From: Armatimonadota bacterium
GTDB taxonomy: Bacteria; Armatimonadota; SYMT01
DNA length: 64,000 bases
Reading direction: 5' to 3'
NCBI GenBank assembly: GCA_046292385.1
Contig: JBKBRF010000028.1
Location: 30,305 to 94,304, forward strand
This document shows, piece after piece, positions 18,984-28,756 of the stretch (the stretch's first letter is position 1; each line of letters starts with the position of its first letter). A model generated the notes under the pieces. That model made no database searches. It saw only the letters and a list, made by a program, of their open reading frames with translations, and was not told the DNA's origin. A program made the position numbers and the translations under genes.

Positions 18984-21788
18984 ATGTCTTCTCTCGTTCA
19001 ACAACTACTGGCGGCGTCCCCCGAGGAGCGCGCGCGCCTGCTCCGGGGCAAGCCCGACGCCGGCTTCTCCGACGTGAACGAGCTTGCCGAGCGGGCCCGC
19101 GCCGCCGCGCGCGCCAATCCGGCGGAGGGGCTGCAACTGGCGCAGACCGCCCGGGCGCTGGCGGAGGCGATTGCAGATCCCCGCGGGCGGGCGGTCGCCT
19201 CCCGCGCGCTGGGGGTGGCGCTCTGGGCGCGCGCCGGCTGGAGCGAGGCGCTGGCCGCCTTCACCGAGGGGGAGCGGGCGGCGCTCGACGCGGGCGACGC
19301 GCTCCTGGCGGCGCAGGTGCCGATCCTGGCGGTCGAGGTGCTGGCGCAGCTCGGGCGGCATCCGGAGGCGCTCGCGCTGGCCGACCGCCTGGAAGCGCAG
19401 CTCCGGTCGCTGGGAGCGGAGCTGGACGCCGCCAAGGTGGTGGCGAACGCGGGGAACATCCACTTCCAGCGCGGCGAGTATGCCGCGGCGCTGCAGTCGT
19501 GGACCCAGGCGCTGGAGTTCTTCCGTGCGGCGGGTAACGAGCCGGCGGTCGCGCAGCTCCAGATCAACATCGCCAACGTCCTCACCCACCTGAACCGGCT
19601 GCCGGACGCCGTCCGCCGCTACGAGGAGGCCCGCAGCGCCTTCGAGGCCGCCGGGGTGGAGTCGGTGGTCGCGGGCGTCGAGGGAAACCTCGGCTTCCTG
19701 CAGTTCGTGGCCGGCCGCTATCCGGAGGCGCTGCGCAGACTGGAGCAGGCGCGGACCCGCTTCGAGCGGCTGGAGCTCCCGAAAGACCTGGCGAAGTGCG
19801 ACCGCGAGACGGCGGACATCTACCTGGAGCTGAACCTGCTGCCGGAGGCGGTGGAGGCGTATGAGCGGGTGCGGCCGCTCTTCCAGGAGCTGCAGGTGCC
19901 GGTGGAGGCAGCCCGCTGCGACCTCGGGCTGGCGACCGCTCTCGGGCGGCTCGACCGGCGCGCAGAGGCGGAGGAGGCGCTGAAGCGCGCGGAGGCGGCG
20001 TTCCGCGCTGCCGGGAACGAGGTCGGCACCGCCCGGGCGGCGCTGCTGCGCGTGGAGCTGGAGCTGGAGGAGGCGCCGGACCGGGAGCGAAGCGCGCGCG
20101 CGGCGGAGCGTATCTTCCGCCGCCACGGGATGGTGCTCGCGGCGGCGCGGGCGCGGCTGGCGCCGCTCGAGCAGCGGGTGGAGGCGGGCGGAAGCCCGGT
20201 GCGGTCGCTGCGGCGCCTGCGGGCGGAGGTAGAGACCGAGGCGCTCTTCTCCCTGCGCTGGCGGGTGGAGGCGGCGCTGGCCCGCGCGGCGGTGAATGCG
20301 GGGAAGCCCCGGTCCGCGCTGACGCACTACCGGCGAGCGGTGGAGGAGATCGAGCGGGCGCGGCACCTGCTGCCGGGGGAGGAGCTCCGCATCGCCTTCC
20401 TGCGGGACAAGACGCGCCTGCTGGAAGAGCTGCTGGGCCTCCTGCTCGACCGCGGCACGCCCGCGGCGCTGCGGGAGGCGTTCCGGCTGGCGGAGCGCGC
20501 CAAGTCGCGCGTGCTGGCGGAGCTGCTCTCCGGCCCGGTGGAGGCGCTGGAGAGCGACGACCCCGAGCGGCAGGCGCTGACGGCGCGGCTGGAGGAGCTC
20601 CGGGCGCAGCTGAAGTGGGACCACGACCGCCAGGAGACCGGCGGCGGAGAGGCGAGCCGCCTGCCTGCTGCCGACGCGGAGCTGCCGGAGCGGGTGCGCC
20701 GCCTGGAGCAGGAGTACCTGCAGACCCGCCGTCGGCTGCAGCTCTCCGGAGGTCGGCAGGTCGCCTTCGGCGAGCCGCCGGAGCTGCGCGCGCTTCAGTC
20801 GCTCCTGCAGGACGACGAGCAGCTGGTGGAGTACGTGACGGTGCGGGACGAGGTGATCGCCTTCGTGGTCGACCGCCGCCGCTTCCACGCGGTGCGCGGC
20901 CTCGCCTCCCGCCGGGAGGTGGAGGAGCTGGCCCGGCGGCTCGGCCTCCAGTGGGCGCGGGCGGCGTCGGGCGGGCTGCCGCCGCTGTTCCGGGACCGGC
21001 TGCTCCAGAGCACGGAAGCGGTGCTGCGGGAGCTGTACGAGGCGCTGGTGGAGCCGCTGGAGCCGCTGCTCACCGGGCGACGGATCACGCTGATCCCGCA
21101 CGGCGCGCTGCACGGCGTGCCGTTCCACGCGCTGCACGACGGGGTCGACTACCTCCTGGAGCGCTGGGAGATCGCCTACGCCCCCAGCGCCGGCGTCTGG
21201 CGCGCCTGCCGGCTGCGGCCGGAGCCGGAGACCCGGGAGTCGCTGCTCTACGGCGTCTCCGATCCGGCGCTGCCGCACGTGCGGTCGGAGGTCGAAGGCC
21301 TCGCCGCCCTGCTCGACAGCTCCCGCGCGCTGCACGACGGGCAGGCGACCCTCGCCGCCGTCCCCCGCGACGGAGCGTTCCGGTACCTGCACTTCGCCAC
21401 GCATGCGGTCTTCCGTGAGGACAACCCGCTCTTCTCCGGCCTGAAGCTGGCGGACGGCTGGCTCATCGCGCACGATCTCTATCGCCGCCGGCTGGAGTGC
21501 TGCCTCGCCACCCTCTCCGCCTGCCGGACGGGGGTCAGCCACGTGGCTCCGGGCGACGAGACGCTGGGGTTGGTCCGCGGCTTCCTGCACGCGGGCGCCC
21601 GCGCGGTGCTGGTGAGCCTGTGGGTGGCGGACGATACGGCGACCGCGGAGCTGATGCAGCAGTGTTACGCGCGCCTGGCGGCGGGAGAGAGCCGCGCCGC
21701 AGCGCTGCGGGAGGCTCAGCGGGTGGTCCGCTCCCGTTATCCGCACCCGTTCCACTGGGCGCCGTTCGTGATGGTGGGAGCTTCCTGA
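18984..21788 (+). CDS. TPR-repeat CHAT domain (caspase-like) protease
   Basis: N-terminal TPRs; 'AERAKSR', 'IPHGALHGVPFHAL', catalytic His in 'LHFATHA', catalytic Cys in 'LSACRTG', 'VSLW.ADD', 'HPFHWAPF'. Confidence 0.93.
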   Translation: MSSLVQQLLAASPEERARLLRGKPDAGFSDVNELAERARAAARANPAEGLQLAQTARALAEAIADPRGRAVASRALGVALWARAGWSEALAAFTEGERAALDAGDALLAAQVPILAVEVLAQLGRHPEALALADRLEAQLRSLGAELDAAKVVANAGNIHFQRGEYAAALQSWTQALEFFRAAGNEPAVAQLQINIANVLTHLNRLPDAVRRYEEARSAFEAAGVESVVAGVEGNLGFLQFVAGRYPEALRRLEQARTRFERLELPKDLAKCDRETADIYLELNLLPEAVEAYERVRPLFQELQVPVEAARCDLGLATALGRLDRRAEAEEALKRAEAAFRAAGNEVGTARAALLRVELELEEAPDRERSARAAERIFRRHGMVLAAARARLAPLEQRVEAGGSPVRSLRRLRAEVETEALFSLRWRVEAALARAAVNAGKPRSALTHYRRAVEEIERARHLLPGEELRIAFLRDKTRLLEELLGLLLDRGTPAALREAFRLAERAKSRVLAELLSGPVEALESDDPERQALTARLEELRAQLKWDHDRQETGGGEASRLPAADAELPERVRRLEQEYLQTRRRLQLSGGRQVAFGEPPELRALQSLLQDDEQLVEYVTVRDEVIAFVVDRRRFHAVRGLASRREVEELARRLGLQWARAASGGLPPLFRDRLLQSTEAVLRELYEALVEPLEPLLTGRRITLIPHGALHGVPFHALHDGVDYLLERWEIAYAPSAGVWRACRLRPEPETRESLLYGVSDPALPHVRSEVEGLAALLDSSRALHDGQATLAAVPRDGAFRYLHFATHAVFREDNPLFSGLKLADGWLIAHDLYRRRLECCLATLSACRTGVSHVAPGDETLGLVRGFLHAGARAVLVSLWVADDTATAELMQQCYARLAAGESRAAALREAQRVVRSRYPHPFHWAPFVMVGAS

Positions 21789-21886
21789 GGGATGAGGGAT
21801 GAGGGATGAGGGATGAAGGATGAGGGATGAATCCGGACCTTCCGTGTCCGGTCGCTCCTACTCTCTCGTTCTCCTTCTCTTTCTCG
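21787..21886 (+). repeat. GAGGGAT-heptamer composite 3'-end element, copy 1
   Basis: (GAGGGAT)n-GAATCCGGACC...CGCTCCTACTCTCTCGTTCTCCTTCTCTTTCTC; related copies at 35108-35180 and 59750-59835. Confidence 0.8.
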
Positions 21887-22060
21887 GGAGCGCGCCGGGG
21901 CGAGCCCGGTTGGCGGGAGGAGCAGCCGCGCGCGAACAGTTCTTCGATCTTTCTTCTCCCCTCTTTTTCATCTAGTCACTGGCTGAAGTAACCTGGGAGT
22001 TCTGCCGACGAACGGTACGAAATGGTACCGATTTGCAGGGCCGGCTCCGGAGTCGAACCG

Positions 22061-23356
22061 ATGCGCTTAACCACGATTGGATTGGCAGTCTTGATCCTGC
22101 TGGCCGGGGCCACGGAGGCCCAGGCGCGGCGGGGGCGGAACCGGCTGAAGGAGCTCACCAAGAATGAGCTGGTGGTCCGCCTGGCTCCAGGGACCGACGC
22201 TCAGAAGTTCGCCCGGGATTACCGGGTGAAGGTGATCTCCCAGGGCACCGGCAGCGGCCGCTACCGGGTGAAGATGCGGAACACCCGGGATGCCGCGCGC
22301 CTGCTGGCGAAGCGGCTGCAGGATACCCGCATCATCAGCGCGGACAAGAACCTCCCGGCCCCCTCGCCCCCGGGGGAGCAGGCGCAGTGGACCACCGCTT
22401 TCGACGGCGACCGCGGCCCGCGCGCCTACGACGGCCAGCTGGCGATCGGGCAGGTCCGCTTCACGCAGGCGCCGACGCTGGCAGACGGCGCCGGCGTGAC
22501 GGTGGCGGTTCTCGATACCGGCATCTCCCGGCGGCACCCGCACCTGGCGGCGCAGACGGTGGAGGGCTGGAACTTCGTGGACGACAACGCCGACACGGAC
22601 GACCGCCCCTACCAGCTCGACCTGGACGGGGACCGGGTCCGGGATGAGGGCCTGGGCCACGGGACGGTGGTCGCCGGCCTCATCGCCCGCTTCGCCCCGA
22701 AAGCGACGCTGCTGCCGGTGCGCGTGCTGAACAGCGAGGGCATGGGAACGGTCTGGGACGCGGTGCGCGGCATCGAGTACGCCATCTCGAAGGGCGCGCG
22801 GGTCTTGAACCTGAGCTTTGGCGTGCAGGAGCGCTCCGAGATCCTGGAAGACGCGATCAAGGAGGCGGAAGACGCGGGGGTGTTGATCATCACCACCGCC
22901 GGCAACCACGCCAGTTCTCGCCCGCAGTACCCGGCGAAGTACTCTCACGTGGTGGCGGTCGGCGCCGTGAACGCGGACGACAGCCGGGCGAAGTTCTCCA
23001 ACTTCGGGAGCGACGTCGACATCTACGCGCCGGGAGTCGACGTGGTGAGCACCTTCTGGGACGGCACCTACGTGGCGTGGTCCGGCACCTCGTTCGCCGC
23101 GCCGATGGTGAGCGGCACCGCCGCCCTGATCCTCTCCCGCAACCCGGGCCTCTCGCTGGAGGACGTGGGCGACCTGATCGAAGACACCGCCCGCCGCGCA
23201 GAGGCCGCCCGCAGCCTGCGCCGCGGCCGAGGCGGTGATGACGGCGGCAACAGCGGCCCCGGAGGCGGCGACCGCACCGAAATCCTCGACGTCGACTCCG
23301 CCGTCACCGCCGCGATCAACGGCGGGGGTGATGACGACGATGAGGATGACGATTAG
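22061..23356 (+). CDS. Secreted S8 (subtilase) serine peptidase
   Basis: Signal peptide ending AQA; catalytic triad 'VAVLDTG', 'GHGTVVAG', 'GTSFAAP'; oxyanion 'AGN'; acidic C-terminal tail. Confidence 0.93.
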   Translation: MRLTTIGLAVLILLAGATEAQARRGRNRLKELTKNELVVRLAPGTDAQKFARDYRVKVISQGTGSGRYRVKMRNTRDAARLLAKRLQDTRIISADKNLPAPSPPGEQAQWTTAFDGDRGPRAYDGQLAIGQVRFTQAPTLADGAGVTVAVLDTGISRRHPHLAAQTVEGWNFVDDNADTDDRPYQLDLDGDRVRDEGLGHGTVVAGLIARFAPKATLLPVRVLNSEGMGTVWDAVRGIEYAISKGARVLNLSFGVQERSEILEDAIKEAEDAGVLIITTAGNHASSRPQYPAKYSHVVAVGAVNADDSRAKFSNFGSDVDIYAPGVDVVSTFWDGTYVAWSGTSFAAPMVSGTAALILSRNPGLSLEDVGDLIEDTARRAEAARSLRRGRGGDDGGNSGPGGGDRTEILDVDSAVTAAINGGGDDDDEDDD

Positions 23357-23362
23357 GGGCTA

Positions 23363-23578
23363 ATTCACCACAGAGCGCACAGAGGACACGGAGATTCCGA
23401 ACCAGGAGATTCACCGCGGAGAACGCAAAGGACGCAGAGAGGGGAACAGAAGAGCGTGACACCGGGTCGCTGTACGGGGCTCGAGACGCGCAGCCGGCCC
23501 CTTCCTCTTGGCGAGCTTGGCGTTCTTGGCGGTAAAGGCTGGTTCTCTCCGCGTCCTCTGCGTCTCTGCGGTGAATCC
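23363..23578. repeat. Nonamer-based inverted intergenic element (CACCGCAGAG/ACGCAGAG type)
   Basis: GGAGATTCACCGCGGAGAACGCAAAGGACGCAGAGA pairs with CTCTCCGCGTCCTCTGCGTCTCTGCGGTGAATCC; lies between convergent genes. Confidence 0.75.
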
Positions 23579-23600
23579 GGTTCGGATCCGGCCCGGAAGC

Positions 23601-25925
23601 TTACCGCCGGTGGAGCGTGAAGTAGATCCGCTCCGGCGTGAGCGGTAGGTCGTTGACCCAGGCGCCGGCAGCGTCGTGGACGGCGGCCTGGAGCGCGGCG
23701 AGGGTGGGGACGATCACCGGCTCGCCGATGCCTTTGACGCCGAACGGGCCGTTCTCGCTCGGGACCTCCACGTAGCGGTTGCGCAGCACCGGCGTGTCCA
23801 TCGGGGTGGGCAGGCGGTAGTCGGAGAGGTGCGTGTTGCGGTTGCGGCCGCCCTGGATCTGCATCTCCTCCATCCAGCCCCAGGAGAGCCCCTGCACCGC
23901 GCCGCCGTCCATCTGCCCCTCCACCTCGTACGGGTTGACGGCGAGGCCGACGTCGAGCGACTGGTAGAGCTCCAGCGCCTCCATCACGCCGGTGTCCGGG
24001 TCGACCCGCACCTTCACGATCTGGGCGGAGATCACCGGGTGGCTCGGCTCATTGGCGAAGGTGCCGGTGCCGACCAGTGGCCCGCCGATGGTGCGGAGGG
24101 CGACCTGTCCCAGCTCCGCCAGGGTGACGCTGTTCTCCGGATCGTCCTTCACCGCGATGCGGCCGATGCGCCGGCCCTGCTCGCTGGGCCAGACGTCCTG
24201 CACCAGGGAGTCTTCGTCCGCTTCCAGGTGCTCCGCCGCGAGGGCGAGCATCTTGCGGCGCAGGTCTTCCGCGGCGCGCTTGACGGCGTTCCCCATGGAG
24301 AAGAGGACGACGGAGCCGCCGGAGCCGGTGGCGTAGGGGGCGCTGTCGGTGTCGCCGCGGACCACGCGCACCGCCTCGTACGGCACGCCGGTCACCTCCG
24401 CCGCGATCTGGGCGAAGCCGGTGTCGGTGCCGGTGATGTCCATGGCGCCGGAGAAGACCTTGAGCGTGCCGTCCTCGCCGAGGGAGCAGACGGCGCTGCC
24501 GGGGCCGGCGCCGTTGGTCCACTCGCCCACGGCGACACCCCAGCCTTCGTTCGGACCCTTCCGGCGCTCGCTCCAGCCCGCCAGCTCGGCGGCGGTCCTC
24601 AGCGTCTCCTTGAACGCCACCCGGCGGAGAGGGGCTCGGTCATTGACCCGCTTCTCGCCTTCCTCGACCATGTTCCGGAGGCGGAATTCGACCGGGTCCA
24701 TGCCGATCGCGTCGGCGCAGCGGTTGAGGTTCGCCTCGGAGGCGTAGGTGCCCTGCGGCGCCCCGGGGGCGCGGTAGGCGGCGGTGCCCGGCTTGTTGGT
24801 GTAGATGCCGTAGGCGTCCCACTTGACGTTCCGGAAGCCGTAGACGCCGATGATGCGGCTGGTGGCGTGGATGCTGGCGCCGGGGACGTTGCCGCAGTCC
24901 CACAGGCCGACCGCCTGGCGCGCGGTGACGGTGCCGTCCTTCTTCACGCCGGTCTTCACCCAGATCGTGGCGGCGGGGGCGGGACGGCCGTCGAGCATCT
25001 CCTCTTCGCGGCTGTAGACGATCTTTACCGGGCGGCCGGTCATCTGCGCCAGGAGGACGGCGTAGGGGTGGACCAGGGTGCCGAACTTACCGCCGAAGCC
25101 GCCGCCGATCGTCTGGCCGATCACGTTGATGTCGGACGCGGGGATGCCAAGGCTGCTGGCAACGCCGCTGCGGATGGCGAAGATGCTCTGGGTGCTGGTC
25201 CAGATCGTCACCTTGCCGCTGGCGTCGACCCGCGCCACGCAGGCGTGCGGCTCGATGTAGGTCTGGTGGACGCGCGGGATGCGGTAGACGTCTTCCAGCA
25301 CGAAGTCGGCCTCCGCGAAGCCGGCCTCCACGTCGCCTGCTTCGAAATGCGCCTCCTGCGCCACGTTCCCCCAGCGGCCCAGCTCCGCCCACGGGCTGCC
25401 GGGAACGGCGTCGACCGTCTTCGCGTCGTCCCGAAGCCGCGGCGACTCCGGCCGGATGCCCTGCTCCTCCGTATCGACCGGGGCGAGCAGCTCCCACTCC
25501 ACCTCGATCGCGTTCACGCCGTCCCGCGCGATCTCCGGCGAGACAGCGCAGACGCAGGCGATCTTCTCCCCCTCGTAGAGCACCACGTCGGAGGCGAAGA
25601 GACTCTGGGAGAGGCGGAAGCCGTGGACGGTGTCGACCGTCTCCATCGTCCGCTCGCCGCCGAGCGACTCCTCCGTGAGCACCTTGACCACCCCGGGGAT
25701 CGCTTCTGCCCGGCGGGTGTCGATCCGCTTGATCCGCGCGTGGCCGTGCGGGCTGTGCAGGAAGGTGGCCCAGAGCTGCCCGGGCAGGTTCACGTCCGCC
25801 GCGTAGCGGGCCGCGCCGGTCACCTTGTCGACGGCGTCGACGCGCGGGACCGGCTTGCCGAGCACGTCGTACTCCGGCGTCTCGTGGGGGGACTGCGGCT
25901 GCGGTCGGTGGAGGAGATCGGTCAT
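23601..25925 (-). CDS. Xanthine dehydrogenase/CoxL family molybdopterin-binding subunit
   Basis: 'VPRVDAVDKVTGAARYAAD', 'IGGGFGGK', 'AYRAPG', 'GQMDGG..QG', 'KGIGE'; start MTDLL after an AGGAG RBS. Confidence 0.93.
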   Translation of the reverse strand: MTDLLHRPQPQSPHETPEYDVLGKPVPRVDAVDKVTGAARYAADVNLPGQLWATFLHSPHGHARIKRIDTRRAEAIPGVVKVLTEESLGGERTMETVDTVHGFRLSQSLFASDVVLYEGEKIACVCAVSPEIARDGVNAIEVEWELLAPVDTEEQGIRPESPRLRDDAKTVDAVPGSPWAELGRWGNVAQEAHFEAGDVEAGFAEADFVLEDVYRIPRVHQTYIEPHACVARVDASGKVTIWTSTQSIFAIRSGVASSLGIPASDINVIGQTIGGGFGGKFGTLVHPYAVLLAQMTGRPVKIVYSREEEMLDGRPAPAATIWVKTGVKKDGTVTARQAVGLWDCGNVPGASIHATSRIIGVYGFRNVKWDAYGIYTNKPGTAAYRAPGAPQGTYASEANLNRCADAIGMDPVEFRLRNMVEEGEKRVNDRAPLRRVAFKETLRTAAELAGWSERRKGPNEGWGVAVGEWTNGAGPGSAVCSLGEDGTLKVFSGAMDITGTDTGFAQIAAEVTGVPYEAVRVVRGDTDSAPYATGSGGSVVLFSMGNAVKRAAEDLRRKMLALAAEHLEADEDSLVQDVWPSEQGRRIGRIAVKDDPENSVTLAELGQVALRTIGGPLVGTGTFANEPSHPVISAQIVKVRVDPDTGVMEALELYQSLDVGLAVNPYEVEGQMDGGAVQGLSWGWMEEMQIQGGRNRNTHLSDYRLPTPMDTPVLRNRYVEVPSENGPFGVKGIGEPVIVPTLAALQAAVHDAAGAWVNDLPLTPERIYFTLHRR

Positions 25926-26096
25926 CGCGGGCGCGCTCCTGGTTTCAAAAGGGACACAGGCTATGATACCGCTCCTGCCCCCGCATCTCCTACGTCGGGC
26001 TCGCATGCTTCCGTGCTTCAGCGCGGCGGCGGGTGGGGTAGACCTGCCTGAATGACGGGCGGCCCATGTGACGGCCCCCGGAAGGAGAGACCCGTG

Positions 26097-26318
26097 ATGC
26101 TGAGATGGACACGACTGGCACTGCTAGCCGGCATGCTGAGCGCGATGATGATGGCGGCCGGCTGCGACAACAACGAGGTGGGCACGGAAATCGAGCCGAA
26201 CGGCCCCGCCGGCGGCAATAACGCCGTGCCGCCGCCGCCGGGTGAGAACCCCCAGGGTCTGCCGCCTGCCGGCGAGAACAGTCCGGGCACCGGCACCGCC
26301 CCTGCCAATCACCCATAG
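26097..26318 (+). CDS. Small Pro/Gly-rich lipoprotein
   Basis: AAGGAG RBS; hydrophobic signal ending in lipobox AAG-C; start could alternatively be GTG 26094. Confidence 0.7.
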   Translation: MLRWTRLALLAGMLSAMMMAAGCDNNEVGTEIEPNGPAGGNNAVPPPPGENPQGLPPAGENSPGTGTAPANHP

Positions 26319-26450
26319 GCGGGACAGGCAGCGCCAGCCCTGCGTCTCCTGTCCCCCGGCAGTTCCGAATCCCGTGACTTCGGTTTCCGCCGCCCGCTCC
26401 GAGGCAATAGAACGGAGGCCGGCGGGCGCAGTGCCGGCGCGGAGGAAGCT

Positions 26451-26936
26451 ATGCGCGCTACGTGGATTTCGGAGTTCATCGACGGGCTGCATGCCCTCGA
26501 AAGTCGGAACGAGATCGAGCCGCTCCTGGCCTGCTTCGCCGGAGACGCGACCATCTGGAACATCACGCACGCGGAGCCGCGCCGTGGGCCGCAGGCGCTG
26601 CGGGAGTTCTGGGAGACGTACCGGCGGCAGTTCGACCGGATCCGCTCCGACTTCGACCGGATCGTGGAAGGCGAGCGGGACGCGGCCCTGGAGTGGCACG
26701 CGGAGGGAACCCTGCCCTCCGGCTCGCCGATCGCCTACCGCGGGGTGACGATCCTGCGGCAGGGGGACGGCGGCATCGCCGAGTTCGCCGGCTACTTCGA
26801 TCCCCGGCCGTTCGAGCTGCACGCGGGGGCGGGGCGGCCAGTCTCGCCGGCGCCTCGCCGGTCCCCGCAGCCGGCGGAGCCGGACGCGGACCTGGCCGAC
26901 GAGGAAGAGGCGACCTCCACCCTGAGCTACGGATAA
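26451..26936 (+). CDS. SnoaL-like/NTF2 family protein
   Basis: 'LLACFAGDA', 'RGPQALREFW', 'ALEWHAEG', 'YRGVTIL', 'YFD'. Confidence 0.85.
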   Translation: MRATWISEFIDGLHALESRNEIEPLLACFAGDATIWNITHAEPRRGPQALREFWETYRRQFDRIRSDFDRIVEGERDAALEWHAEGTLPSGSPIAYRGVTILRQGDGGIAEFAGYFDPRPFELHAGAGRPVSPAPRRSPQPAEPDADLADEEEATSTLSYG

Positions 26937-27038
26937 GAGCCGGTCCGGATCGGCTCTAAAAACCTCGGCCGGCGAGATTGATCCGGGAGCCGGCCGGGGA
27001 CACCTCCCATGGTTGCGCTAGCGCACAGAGGAGGGAAG

Positions 27039-27272
27039 ATGAACCGTCTCAACGGGTTAGATTACACGGCCTTCGCACTCGCCATCGTGGGCGCGCTGAA
27101 CTGGCTCCTGGTGGGCCTGTTCCGGTTCGACCTGGTGGCCGCGATCTTTGGGGGGCAGGACTCGATGCTGTCCCGGATCGTCTACACGCTGGTGGGGCTA
27201 GCGGGCGTGTATGCGATCTACAGCCTGACGAAGCTGTCGCCCGCCACCGACCGTCACCGCGCGATGCCCTGA
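27039..27272 (+). CDS. DUF378 domain small membrane protein
   Basis: 'IVGALNWLLVGLFRFDLVAAIFGG', 'SRIVYTLVGLAGVY'. Confidence 0.9.
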   Translation: MNRLNGLDYTAFALAIVGALNWLLVGLFRFDLVAAIFGGQDSMLSRIVYTLVGLAGVYAIYSLTKLSPATDRHRAMP

Positions 27273-27557
27273 CCGGGATCGCCTCGACGGCGCGAGGCTC
27301 CTTTCGCCTCCGGGCGGGGGGAGCCTCGCGCGCGTACCGGTGCCGCCGGTGGGTTTTCATGACTCGCCAGAACCTCCGATTCCGGGTTTGTGGCGGGCGC
27401 GGGATGGGCAGGGACTCGGTGGAGCAGTCTGCTCTACCGTGCTTTTTTCCCAGCCTTCGGGCTCGCACCGGGAGGCCGGCGGTGGGCGCATTTACCACGC
27501 CCTGCCGGAGGGTTTGACTGCCCGATCCAGGCCAGTTTCAGGAGAGGGAGAACCACC

Positions 27558-28610
27558 ATGCGAGACCACGTTTCGACGCCCCGGCGCGCGGCGCCGTGGG
27601 TGCTCACCGCCCTGCTGGCGCTGACCGGCACGACCGACGCCCTCGCCCAGCGCGGACGCGTGGAGGTGCCGGCGAACACCGTCGTCCGGGCCGAGCTCAC
27701 CCAGTCGGTGAACAGCCGCTCTGTCCGGCAGGGAGACCGCGTCGTCGCGGAGCTCTCCCGGGACGACACGAGCGACTTCCCCGAGGGGACCCGCTTCGAG
27801 GGAACGATCACGGAAGTTCGCCGGGCCTCGGACGACCGGCCGGCGATTCTGGACATGGAGTTCCGGCGGGCGATCCTGCCGGGCGGACAGACCGTGAACA
27901 TCCGGGGGGACCTGGCGAGTCTTTCCGAGGACAACGTCCGCCAGCGGGATGACGGCCGGCTGGAGTCCCGCCGGCGCGGCGGCGGCAGCGGCTTCGATTG
28001 GAAGTGGGTGGGCTACGGCGCGGGGGGAGGCGCCGTGCTGGGCGAGATCTTCGGAGACAACTTCCTGCGCGGGGCGCTGCTCGGCGGTCTAGGCGGCGCG
28101 ATCTACGGCTACCTGAACCGGGATCGCGACCGGGGCGAGTTCCGGGAAGTGGAGCTTCCCCGCGGCACCGAGTTCGGGATCCGGCTCGACCGCCAGGTGG
28201 CATTCAATCCGGGCGCCAACTACGTGGCGAGCCGGGAGCGGAACTGGGAGCGGGTGCTCGGCACGCGGCAGGAGACGGGGAGGAGAGCCTCGCGGCTCTT
28301 TATCGACGATCGTCCGGTGACGTTCCGGGACATGCAGCCGCTCCGCATCAACGGGGGCGCCTACGTGCCCCTCCGTGAGGTGGCGCGAGAGGCAGGTTGG
28401 ACCTACCGCCACAGCTACGGCGCCGATGACTTCTCGGTCCGCACACCGCAGGGGGAGGTGAGAGGCTCGGTCGGCGAACGCAGCTTCCGCCGCGGCGGAA
28501 GCAGCATGACCCTGACCGACGCCCCGGTCCTCGTGGGCGACGAGGTGTACGTTCCGGTGGAATTCCTCGGCCGCATTGGAGACCAGCGGGTGCGTTGGGG
28601 GCGTTCGTAG
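27558..28610 (+). CDS. Secreted protein: VirB10/TrbI-like beta domain, glycine zipper, copper-amine-oxidase-N (stalk) domain; paralog 1
   Basis: Signal peptide; 'VPANTV', 'GAGGGAVLG..GALLGGLGG', 'INGGAYVPLR', 'APVLVGDEVYVPVEFL'. Confidence 0.75.
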   Translation: MRDHVSTPRRAAPWVLTALLALTGTTDALAQRGRVEVPANTVVRAELTQSVNSRSVRQGDRVVAELSRDDTSDFPEGTRFEGTITEVRRASDDRPAILDMEFRRAILPGGQTVNIRGDLASLSEDNVRQRDDGRLESRRRGGGSGFDWKWVGYGAGGGAVLGEIFGDNFLRGALLGGLGGAIYGYLNRDRDRGEFREVELPRGTEFGIRLDRQVAFNPGANYVASRERNWERVLGTRQETGRRASRLFIDDRPVTFRDMQPLRINGGAYVPLREVAREAGWTYRHSYGADDFSVRTPQGEVRGSVGERSFRRGGSSMTLTDAPVLVGDEVYVPVEFLGRIGDQRVRWGRS

Positions 28611-28756
28611 CGCGGTCGGCGCTCCGAAGTAGGGGGCGGTACTTCGGAGCGCCTCCGGTCCGACGCTTACCCGGAGATCGGCGGCACGAGCACCGCGAGG
28701 CTCCACCGGAGGTTCGACAACCCGATCCAGCCAGTTTCAGGAGAGGGAGGACTGAA

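Noticed and set aside
18984..21788. TPR-CHAT as a CRISPR-associated Csx29/Craspase component
   Set aside because: It is about 21 kb from a type I-C locus with no type III-E (Cas7-11) gene, so the analogy is mechanistic only.
21933..21946. Second LexA-like box CGAAC-AGTT-CTTCG upstream of the subtilase
   Set aside because: Mismatch at a conserved position of the GTTC half-site and no supporting promoter context.
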